This document shows positions 23,953-31,728 of a stretch of DNA of 32,000 nucleotides, one piece after another. The notes under the pieces were generated by a model. It did not search any database. It saw only the letters and a program-made list of their open reading frames with translations, and was not told the origin of the DNA. Numbering within the stretch: the stretch's first letter is position 1; every line of letters starts with the position of its first letter. The stretch covers positions 2,280,242 through 2,312,241 of the forward strand of contig CBDCNV010000002.1 of NCBI GenBank assembly GCA_965219535.1. Direction: 5' to 3'. Source of the stretch: Opitutales bacterium (lineage in GTDB: Bacteria > Verrucomicrobiota > Verrucomicrobiia > Opitutales > PNEW01). The translations under genes were made by a program, and so were the position numbers.

Positions 23953-25256
23953 TGGACCATTGCCAGTGAGAGTCTTTCCGTAAATAAGAACGGAAAGACG
24001 AATGAAACAGAAAAGACACAACACCGAGCAGATCATAGCAATCCTGCGCGAAGTAGACAGCGCCAGAGGCATCCAGGAAGTCTGCCGTGAGCACAACATC
24101 AGTGCTCAAAGTTACCATCGCTGGCGAAAAAGATATGACCAGATAGACCTACGCAATGCGAGGCGGCTAAAGGAACTTGAACGCGAGAACATGGAACGGA
24201 AAAAGATGTTAGCCGAGCAGATGTTAAAGAATCGCGTATTGGAGGAAGTGGATAAAAAAATGGTAAGCTCGTCGCATAAGAAAGAAGCGGTCAAGCATGT
24301 GGTAGCCCAGGGGGTTTGCTCGCTGCGTTGGACCTGCAGGTTTTTTGGGCTCCATCGCTGAACTTATCTCTACGAGTGCAAGCGAGAATCTTATTGTAAT
24401 CAGACCATGGTGAGACGAATCATTAGACTTTCAAAGGTACATTCACGTTATTGCTATCGTCGTATTCGTGCCCTAATGGACAAAGAGGGGTGGAAGGTAA
24501 ACTGTAAATTGGTGCAAAAAGTGCGAAGAACTGAAGGGCTTGGAGTGAAACCCTCTCGTCGCCGACAGAGACGACGAGGGCACTCTACTGGGCTCCCTAC
24601 CAAAGCAGTAAAGCCGAACCATGTATGGAGTTGGGATTTTGTTGCCGACCACACCGATCGCGGGGGACAACTGCGGATGATGACTTTAATCGATGAACAT
24701 ACCCGTCAATGCCTAGCCATAAAGATATCTCATTCGCTCAAAAGCGAAGACGTGGTGCAACCCCCATGCATCCGCTCCGATAACGGTTCGCAGTTCGTAG
24801 CACAAAAAGTCACAGAAGCACTCCTCAAGCGCCAGATCGACATTATCTACATCGACCCTGGCAGTCCTTGGCTACCGAGCGAAGCGACCCCTCAACGAGC
24901 GAAAGCGAGAATAATAAACGGCCATGTTGAATCCTTTCACCATCGACTGCATGACGTACCGAGGAACGCAGTGACGACATAGCGAAGCACTCATGCTTAA
25001 ACCAGGAGTGGTTTTTAAGCGTTACCGAAGCGCGTGTTGTCATCCATGCGTGGAAGCAAAAATACAATACCCATCACCCTCATTGTCGTTTAGGCTTTCT
25101 CTGTCCCAACGCTTTTGCCAAACTCTGGCAGGAACTCAATCCAACAGGTGCTGGCTCCACTCGGCCTATGGTTTCCCTCCGCCAGCACCTGCTAAACCAG
25201 CAACAGATAACCCACGGAATGACTCTCACTTAACTTGGTAGTAATTATGGGGTCCA
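23953..25256 (+). mobile_element. Decayed IS3-family insertion sequence (about 1.3 kb)
   Basis: Ends are TGGACCATTGCCAGTGAGAGTCTTTCCG (left) and, reverse-complemented, TGGACCCCATAATTACTACCAAGTTAAGTGAGAGTCATTCCG (right). They share TGGACC and AGTGAGAGTCNTTCCG. The interior encodes OrfA/OrfB homologues. No matching flanking direct repeat (GAC versus ATC). Confidence 0.65.
24002..25233 (+). pseudogene. IS3-family transposase (OrfA HTH plus DDE/rve OrfB), disrupted
   Basis: The OrfA-like N-terminus MKQKRHNTEQIIAILREV...SYHRWRKRY continues in the same frame through A7 (24254-24260) into the OrfB-like CSLRWTCRFFGLHR. There is an in-frame TGA at 24359-24361. The segment before IRSDNGSQF is shortened. 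About 45 nt of extra sequence sits between PGSPW and NGHVESFH. A stop falls at 24980-24982. The conserved C-terminus LNQEWFLSVTEARVVIHAWKQKYNTHHPH is in another frame and ends at 25231-25233. Confidence 0.8.
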
Positions 25257-25278
25257 ATCAACACCACACAATCGACAA

Positions 25279-26481
25279 TCAGATGGGTTTGTCCCCCAAC
25301 TCTGGAAAGACAGGTCCAGTATAAGGTCTGTTCGCCACTACTTCCTCGTTCAACTCGACACCCAGGCCAGGTGCGCTCGGTGGTATAATGTAACCGTCCT
25401 CCCAACGAATGGGATTCTTGAGAACCTCAGCATGAAAACTGCCAAAAGTCTCAATGCTTTCCTGGATTAAAAAATTGGGGCTGCAGGTAGCGATCTGTAT
25501 ATTCGCGGAGGCTTCAATCGGACCACAGTAAAGATGCGGGGCGATATGCGCGTAATGCGCTTCCGCCATCCCGGCAATCTTCTTAGCCTCGAGGATTCCT
25601 CCCACCCGTCCGAGAGCAGGTTGGAGTATTGCCGCAACCTGTTTCTCCAGTAAATCTACAAACTCATATTTTGTTGATAGACGCTCACCGGTGGCGATGG
25701 GGATGCTGGTGGATTGGGCTACACGCGCCATTTCATTTATATTTTCTGGCGGCACCGGCTCTTCAAACCACAAGGGGTCAAAAGGCTCCATTCTTTTCGC
25801 AAGGCGGATCGCACTGGAGGTCGTCATTTGCCCGTGTGTTCCGATAAGTAAATCACACTTACTGCCGACTGCTTCGCGTGTGTTTTTAATCACCAGCTCG
25901 GCATTATCCAACACCTCGAGTGAAAGCTGCCGCGGATCAAAGGCGGTCATCGGCATCACGGGGTCGAATTTTACGGCGGTGAATCCCTGCTCAACGTAGT
26001 CGGCAGCTCTTTGTGGAGTTAGCTCCGGGTGACCGAAGACATCAGCTATTGACCAGGCATCTTTGGTGTCACTTTTCGGGTCCGGATAAAGGTAGGTATA
26101 AGAGCGAAGTTTTTCATGAACCTGGCCGCCAAGTAAGTTATAGATTGGCTGGTTGAGCGCTTTCCCTAAAATATCCCAGCAGGCCATTTCAATTGCACTG
26201 AGCACAGCCATTAACGTCATGTCGGGATGCTGAGAATACCCGCTCGAGTAGATAATCCGCCATAAACTTTCAATTCTGAATGGGTCCCAACCGATAACAC
26301 AGCGCTCGACAACATCTTCAATCAGCTGGGCAACCTTGTTGGGATGAAACGGTGCCCCGTAGGCTTCACCTACGCCATCGATTCCGTTGTCGGTCGTTAA
26401 CTTGAGGAAGACAAAATAGGGGCCCCCATTATGTGGCGGCGGATTCGCTACGACGTAAGTCTTTAGCTCTTTTATTTTCAT
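25279..26481 (-). CDS. Enolase-superfamily (mandelate racemase/muconate lactonizing enzyme family) acid-sugar dehydratase
   Basis: GIDGVGEAYG, AVKFDP, LWFEEP, IATGER and APHLYCGP. 400 aa. The stop lies 22 nt from the IS3 end. Confidence 0.85.
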   Translation of the reverse strand: MKIKELKTYVVANPPPHNGGPYFVFLKLTTDNGIDGVGEAYGAPFHPNKVAQLIEDVVERCVIGWDPFRIESLWRIIYSSGYSQHPDMTLMAVLSAIEMACWDILGKALNQPIYNLLGGQVHEKLRSYTYLYPDPKSDTKDAWSIADVFGHPELTPQRAADYVEQGFTAVKFDPVMPMTAFDPRQLSLEVLDNAELVIKNTREAVGSKCDLLIGTHGQMTTSSAIRLAKRMEPFDPLWFEEPVPPENINEMARVAQSTSIPIATGERLSTKYEFVDLLEKQVAAILQPALGRVGGILEAKKIAGMAEAHYAHIAPHLYCGPIEASANIQIATCSPNFLIQESIETFGSFHAEVLKNPIRWEDGYIIPPSAPGLGVELNEEVVANRPYTGPVFPELGDKPI

Positions 26482-26530
26482 ATAAACTTTTTCTTCGCAT
26501 CTTTACCTGTCGATTTGATTTACCACTAAA

Positions 26531-27367
26531 CTACAACATAAACGCACCGCCAGTGACAGAAATTGCTAAACCGGTGAGATAATCGGACTCGGTCGAAGCG
26601 AGAAAAGCTGCCATTTTTGCAATGTCTTCACCTTTGGCTATCTGCTTTAGGGGAGTATTTGCGAGAACATTTTTATTCCATTCTTCAGTGAACGCCTCTT
26701 CCGACTGATCATCGGCTACGAGTGCGGAGGCCATATGATTCATCCGATTCGTTTCAACATGACCGGGGCAGATAGCATTGACATTGATGCGGTGCTCACC
26801 CAATTCACGCGCCAATACTTGAGTGAGACCAATCACCGCGAACTTGGACGCACAGTAAGCACCGAAGCGGTCGTGTCCGGTTTTTCCGGACACCGATGAC
26901 ATATTAATTATTTTTCCCCTCTGTCCTTGATCAATCATCACCCTGGCAACGGCACGGCAGCAAAGAAAGGTACCCTTGGCATTAATTTCCTGGATCCGGT
27001 CCCAAACTGCTTCCTCTAAATCAACGATGGGTACCCGGTCACGACCGGGACTCGAACCGGCATTATTCACGAGTATATCGATCCGTCCAAACGCTGACAA
27101 CGTCTGGTCAACCATCTGTTGCACACTATTGGCATCGGTTACATCCGCGAGGACGCATACCCCCTTCCGTCCGTGTGCCTCGATTTCGCTAATGACCGCT
27201 GATAGTCCACCCCAGCCCGGTGAGAGGTCGGGATAGGGGTTTTCCACGATGTCACTGACAACGACATCGGCACCCTCCCGCGCTAAACGCGTCGCGACTG
27301 CCCGCCCGATGCCAAGCTCCGCACCCGCACCCGTGACGATGGCCACTTTGTCTTTAAGATCATACAT
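26531..27367 (-). CDS. Short-chain dehydrogenase/reductase (SDR)
   Basis: TGAGAELGIGRA cofactor motif, NNAG and the YCASK catalytic motif. It lies 49 nt upstream of the enolase gene on the same strand. Confidence 0.9.
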   Translation of the reverse strand: MYDLKDKVAIVTGAGAELGIGRAVATRLAREGADVVVSDIVENPYPDLSPGWGGLSAVISEIEAHGRKGVCVLADVTDANSVQQMVDQTLSAFGRIDILVNNAGSSPGRDRVPIVDLEEAVWDRIQEINAKGTFLCCRAVARVMIDQGQRGKIINMSSVSGKTGHDRFGAYCASKFAVIGLTQVLARELGEHRINVNAICPGHVETNRMNHMASALVADDQSEEAFTEEWNKNVLANTPLKQIAKGEDIAKMAAFLASTESDYLTGLAISVTGGAFML

Positions 27368-27385
27368 GGGAAGTATTGGTGTAGA

Positions 27386-27409
27386 GGGTTCAGGGTACAG
27401 GGTTCAGGG
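27386..27409 (+). other. G3-N4-G3-N4-G3-N4-G3 motif (potential G-quadruplex; heptamer CAGGGTN x4)
   Basis: GGGTTCAGGGTACAGGGTTCAGGG starts 19 nt upstream of the SDR start codon, on the strand opposite to the gene. The motif itself is certain; any structure or function is not. Confidence 0.5.
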
Positions 27410-27635
27410 TCAAGTGAACAATGCTTTGTAAGATGGGTTCGGGGTAGACAGGAGGGTGTCCCTTCGACTTCGCTCAGGGCAGGCGGGGTTCGGGTGGGAG
27501 AGACAGACAGTCGGGAAATTATCAAAGCGCAAATCAGCGTTATTTTAATTCAAGTCTATTGGATTAAAGTATTTCGTGCTTGCTATGTAACTCCAACACT
27601 TACAATAAAAAATATTACAAACATATTTTCTAATT

Positions 27636-27836
27636 ATGTTTAAATTATATTCAGTCTTAGCATTTTTTATTACTCTAAGCTCATTAACTTTATCGGCGAA
27701 TGAAATTCATGAACTCTTTCGTGAAATTAAGCACTCCGTTGTCGTTATCAAGATTAAGGAGAAACAATCCTCTCCAACTAGAGAGCGTCTCATGGCTACT
27801 GATTGGACCCCGTTTTTCGTACCAATTATTAAGTGA
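27636..27836 (+). CDS. Small ORF with a signal-peptide-like N-terminus; possibly the 5' remnant of an HtrA-like protease gene
   Basis: MFKLYSVLAFFITLSSLTLSA then NEIHELFREIKHSVVVIKIKEK resembles a signal peptide plus the first strand of S1C proteases. It terminates after 66 aa in an AT-rich gap. Confidence 0.3.
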   Translation: MFKLYSVLAFFITLSSLTLSANEIHELFREIKHSVVVIKIKEKQSSPTRERLMATDWTPFFVPIIK

Positions 27837-28046
27837 GAGAGTTACCGGGTGTTAATGGTTTTAGCTGCACTTGGGACAATCGTCTTCAGTCTCTCCCATA
27901 AATACACTGACAGCTATTACGCTGCGGCGGTTTTATGTATGAGCTTTTCCCTCATCCTGTTTTTATTCTCATTGAAGATAAATAATCCCCAGGAAAAATT
28001 TGCACCTTCTCCATAACTATTTTACCATTAAGTCTCTTTATCAGCC

Positions 28047-29009
28047 ATGAAAGTTCTTTTTCTTCGCAACGCAGACAGGTTACATTTTTCTTATCATTAT
28101 CTGGTTGAATTTATTGACGGTCGTTATCCCATTGTAATTTACGATCCAAACAAACCGGCTGCTGATCAGTTTAAGGAGATTGAGGTAGTCATTGATACGG
28201 GAGGGGCCATAGGAACCCATGAGATGATGGACGCGGCTAAAGCAGCTGAAGTTAAACTATGGCAGGTTACGACCAACGGTCTCGACCATGTCGACACGGA
28301 ATATATCTTGGGTAAAGGTCTGCTCCTCACCCACTCTCCGGGGCCCCTAACCGCTGTCCCTCTTGCAGAGCATGCGCTTCTTATGATTCTCTATTTCGCA
28401 AAAAACCTCAATCACAATCGCACCAAAGACTGGCATCGGGTGATGAACGATGAGCTCGAAGGAAAGACTTTGGGATTGGTCGGCTTCGGAGCAAGCGCGA
28501 AAGAATTGGCAAGACGGGCCCGGGCCCTGGGATTACGGATCATAGCCATTGATAATAGAGATATTCCGCAGCATGAACTCGACGAATTTCATCTCGCCTT
28601 TCTTGGATACCCCGAAGATCTTGAAAAAATTCTGGTCGAGTCTGATTTCCTTTCTGTGCACGTTCCTTTAACCAAGCAAACGCGACACCTGATTGACCAG
28701 CACGCTTTCAGCGTAATGAAGGAAAAGGCGGTCCTGATCAATGTTGCGCGAGGAGAAATCGTTGACAATGATGCACTGATTGAGGCCCTGACAAGCGGTC
28801 GCATTAAAGGTGCGGGTATCGACGCATACGCCGAGGAACCTTTGGCCCCGGAACATCCCCTTTTAAAGTTAGATAACGTTTTAACTACGCCGCATGTCGC
28901 TGGATTCACACAGGGGACGTGGCATCGACGCGCTAAAGCCGCCGCGGAGAATATTGATCGCTTAGCGAAAGGTTTATCCCCACGCAATCTAGTAAATCCA
29001 CTGAGGTGA
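28047..29009 (+). CDS. D-isomer-specific 2-hydroxyacid dehydrogenase, NAD-binding
   Basis: GKTLGLVGFGASAKELARRARALGLRIIAID (GxGxxG...D), HVPLTKQTRHL, NVARGEIVD and TPHVAGFT. Confidence 0.85.
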   Translation: MKVLFLRNADRLHFSYHYLVEFIDGRYPIVIYDPNKPAADQFKEIEVVIDTGGAIGTHEMMDAAKAAEVKLWQVTTNGLDHVDTEYILGKGLLLTHSPGPLTAVPLAEHALLMILYFAKNLNHNRTKDWHRVMNDELEGKTLGLVGFGASAKELARRARALGLRIIAIDNRDIPQHELDEFHLAFLGYPEDLEKILVESDFLSVHVPLTKQTRHLIDQHAFSVMKEKAVLINVARGEIVDNDALIEALTSGRIKGAGIDAYAEEPLAPEHPLLKLDNVLTTPHVAGFTQGTWHRRAKAAAENIDRLAKGLSPRNLVNPLR

Positions 29010-29219
29010 CCCCCCATGATTATAATTCAGTGAACACCCTGGTTGACAGTTTCTGACTCTTGGGACTTGCGATGGGCTTCCAGAATTTTCTGCATATCAG
29101 TCTTGGCCGGTGTGGCTTTAAATTAAAATTCGTTGCAATATTATTGGGAGTTATTAGCCTTATGGTTTTGATATGGGGAATATCAATTAATAGACTTTCC
29201 CTTTATAAATTGCGAAATA

Positions 29220-29228
29220 TGGTATAAT
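29220..29228 (+). promoter_or_regulatory. Extended -10 element TGGTATAAT upstream of the 29251 PhyH gene
   Basis: Exact TGnTATAAT, ending 22 nt before the ATG. Only a weak -35 candidate (CTTTAT/TTTATA). Confidence 0.4.
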
Positions 29229-29250
29229 TAACAGTGAATTAAAGTAAAAA

Positions 29251-30018
29251 ATGCTTACCGCGCATCAACTCACGCACTTCAATACTTTCGGTTTCCTTCC
29301 CCTGCGAGGATTATTCAGCCCGGGTGAAATTGAAACCTTCAAGGAGGAATTCAAGTCTAAGCTGGAAACCACCCGGCGCTACACAGAACCTGAAGACACG
29401 CCTCCCCAGGTTATAAGCTGGACCAACCTGGGTGCGCAGACGCCCCTTCTCGCCACCTTGATCGAAGACCCGCGCATTGTAAGCATCGCAGAACAGATAA
29501 TGGGGGAAGACTGCGTTGGAATATCCTGCAACTCGATCAGCTACGTCAATGATACTGCCTGGCATGCCGATGATTATAATTTTCATATGCACGATCTAAA
29601 ATTCCTCTTCTACCTCCAACCGGTTGATGAGGATAGCGGCGCTTTGAGGGTGATTCCCGGATCCCATAAGAAAGCTTTTCATAAAGAAATAGCAAAGTAT
29701 GACGGTCTCACGGGTTATGATGATGCAGAGAACCGCCTTGGAACAGAACGTATTAAAGAAGGTCCAGCCTATATTTGCGACGTAGAACCGGGTGATGGAT
29801 TTATCTTTGATTCCCATGTATGGCATGCCAGTTGTGGCGGATCGACGGATCGGCGCACGTTTTCCATCGTTTATTCTGGAAATCCAAAGAACGCAGAAGA
29901 AGGAAGGGCTCTAACGGAATATTTGCATATCACTAATGAAATCAGGACATCGGCAGCCGAAACAACTTTTGATTCTCCGTCTCCGGAATACCCGCTTGAA
30001 TGGCTGGATAAATCCTGA
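29251..30018 (+). CDS. Phytanoyl-CoA dioxygenase (PhyH) family oxygenase
   Basis: LTAHQLTHFNTFGFLPLRGLFS, H-x-D in WHADDYN, VIPGSHK, and a distal His in HVWHAS. Confidence 0.8.
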   Translation: MLTAHQLTHFNTFGFLPLRGLFSPGEIETFKEEFKSKLETTRRYTEPEDTPPQVISWTNLGAQTPLLATLIEDPRIVSIAEQIMGEDCVGISCNSISYVNDTAWHADDYNFHMHDLKFLFYLQPVDEDSGALRVIPGSHKKAFHKEIAKYDGLTGYDDAENRLGTERIKEGPAYICDVEPGDGFIFDSHVWHASCGGSTDRRTFSIVYSGNPKNAEEGRALTEYLHITNEIRTSAAETTFDSPSPEYPLEWLDKS

Positions 30019-30260
30019 GCAGAATCCCAGGCGGCAGCGGTGGATAGATTGGCTGCATAAGTGGAGATTTACAGAGATCGCCCAGGGCACGCTAATCCCG
30101 GACGATTCGACCTTACAAACCGTAAAAGCATTTTCTGATCCCTTTCGAGATACCCCGGCTGACGAATAGAGTCTGGTCGTGACCATTTATACCAACGATC
30201 TATAAGCAGATTTTTAAAAATCTCTGGCATTTAATTATAAAATAGCAGTTGCATTTGCTT

Positions 30261-30296
30261 CCAGATTAATGGGAGAAGTAGACTCCATTAATCTGG
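30261..30296. other. Perfect 12-bp stem with a 12-nt loop
   Basis: CCAGATTAATGG (30261-30272) and CCATTAATCTGG (30285-30296) are exact reverse complements. Confidence 0.6.
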
Positions 30297-30648
30297 TGTG
30301 AAAGGCCAGCTAAGACGATTACATATATCGCTCCAACGATCCGACATCACAAAGCCAACCAATTCTTCTTTGGAGTATATTCCCATAGGTACACATTTTG
30401 AATTCTTATCTGCGCATTTCAAAGACTTTGAATTTGACGCGATCAGATTTGCTTGATCATAGGTAACTGAGAGTGCAATGCCGCAGTATTGCGATTATCT
30501 GCTCTGTTGTGTATCGTTTTCTTTTCATTGAGGTTATCCGTTTATCCCGATAACCTCTCTCTGTAAATGATACGATTTTTGGGGGTCACTCCATACCCCC
30601 TTTTCCAGAGCCAAGTTTATATATTCAAAGCCGCCTGGCAACGGAAAA

Positions 30649-30773
30649 TTACACCCCTTAGCAGGGAGCAGGAGTAAGCGAACCTGCGTCTCTGAGATCC
30701 CCAGTCATCGCGACCGCGGGGGTGAACTTAGACAAAAGGTTCGTTGCTCCTTACTCCCTGCTCCAAGGTGTAA
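30649..30773. repeat. 125-nt imperfect long hairpin (about 36-nt arms) inside the insert that splits the nucleotidyltransferase 5' end
   Basis: TTACACCCCTTAGCAGGGAGCAGGAGTAAGCGAACC (30649-30684) pairs with GGTTCGTTGCTCCTTACTCCCTGCTCCAAGGTGTAA (30738-30773). The perfectly pairing blocks are TTACACC, CAGGGAG, AGGAG and CGAACC. Confidence 0.7.
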
Positions 30774-30780
30774 ACTCAAA

Positions 30781-31581
30781 TTGTACCACTACCCGATTTT
30801 TGGGGTCACTCCAGAAACGATTGCCTATTTTAAATTGTATGGGGCGACGAAAGGTATTTTCATTGCAGGTTCACTAGCTACGAGCGAGTCGGACGCATTC
30901 TCCGATATCGATTTGCGTGTTGTCGTTACCGACAATGAATTGGACCACTTTGTTGAAAATCGATTAGAAGTCCCAAAGAATTGGGGAGCGCTTCTCTTTA
31001 ATCAATGGTGGCCTCGTGCCCATCACTGTGTTTCCCATTTTAATCCGTTTGTTAAGTTGGATGTATTTTACTACGGAGTTTCAGAATTTGAACCTTCGCC
31101 CTGGTACGCTTTACCCATCCGTATTGCTTATGATCCAGAAAGTATAATTAAAAAAACAATTGATCAATCAACATCCTTGTCTTTTGAAATAGATAAAGAT
31201 GAAGTCAATCGTGTAATCAGCAGAGGGATTGCCTACGCGCATGAAGCGTACAGATGTTTAATGCGATCAGAATTATTTTATGCAAATAATCTAATGGATA
31301 GTCTGCGAAGCTGCATAATCTTATTAGACGATGCGATAAATGGACGAAATACAGTTTCTTCTCCTTTTTCCAAATACGAACAGAGAGCTGGGCAGAAGGA
31401 TCTGCAAAAGATCACTGAGTCATACGGGCAGCTCAATAACAAACTGATGTTAGATAAGCTTAAAACACTAACGGAAGTTTATTGTAAAAAGGTAGAAATT
31501 GCACATAGGAAGTTTGCAATGAGCCGAGCAATTGAAGACGATCTCTCTGCGTTGGAGGTTATATTTAACGAGAAAATTTAA
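30781..31581 (+). CDS. Nucleotidyltransferase-fold protein (KNTase/Lnu-like size and layout); 5' end apparently displaced
   Basis: GSLATSESDAFSDIDLRVVV (G-S ... D-x-D) followed by a helical C-terminal half. There is no in-frame ATG near the start (TTG at 30781). A matching ATG plus 8 codons lies 220 nt upstream at 30567-30593. Confidence 0.65.
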   Translation: MYHYPIFGVTPETIAYFKLYGATKGIFIAGSLATSESDAFSDIDLRVVVTDNELDHFVENRLEVPKNWGALLFNQWWPRAHHCVSHFNPFVKLDVFYYGVSEFEPSPWYALPIRIAYDPESIIKKTIDQSTSLSFEIDKDEVNRVISRGIAYAHEAYRCLMRSELFYANNLMDSLRSCIILLDDAINGRNTVSSPFSKYEQRAGQKDLQKITESYGQLNNKLMLDKLKTLTEVYCKKVEIAHRKFAMSRAIEDDLSALEVIFNEKI

Positions 31582-31728
31582 TAATTCAGGTGAAAGGCAA
31601 AGATGACGAAAAAGAAGGTTATCTCAGGTTAATCGATTCAAGATTCCTGTGATAGGGATTGAAAAATTGGACTTAAAAGTATAATATTAAATGGATAAAT
31701 TAGAATAACCTATAATCATAGAGGATAT

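Noticed and set aside
24993-25241. An 82-aa ORF in the IS3 right end.
   Set aside because: It is in the wrong frame. The conserved transposase C-terminus (LNQEWFLSVTEARVVIHAWKQKYNTHHPH) is encoded in a different frame of the same DNA.
27440-27515. A GC-rich segment translating on the minus strand to ...ALSEVEGTPS.... It resembles short GC-rich repeats that I recall producing similar spurious peptides in several phyla.
   Set aside because: There is only one copy in the window, its internal pairing is weak (CCCT...AGGG), and I cannot verify the recalled family without a search. It is noted only as part of the G-rich region upstream of the SDR gene.
27855-28016. A 53-codon ORF (MVLAALGTIVFSLSHKYTDSYYAAAVLCMSFSLILFLFSLK...) with two hydrophobic spans in the AT-rich gap before the 2-hydroxyacid dehydrogenase gene.
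   Set aside because: It is below the ORF-track cutoff, has no ribosome-binding site that I can see, and hydrophobic translations are common in AT-rich DNA. The evidence is insufficient to call it a gene.
29936-30169. A 77-aa ORF overlapping the 3' end of the PhyH gene and extending 150 nt beyond it; possible frameshifted C-terminal extension.
   Set aside because: The PhyH ORF already ends at a family-typical length. The extension (NPRRQRWIDWLHKWRF...) has no recognisable homology and no evidence of a shift site. It cannot be supported without homologues.
30649-30773. Retron msr/msd or a group II intron fragment as an explanation for the long hairpin upstream of the NTase.
   Set aside because: There is no reverse transcriptase or maturase ORF adjacent, and I cannot identify a domain V/VI-like motif. 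It is kept as an unexplained insert instead.
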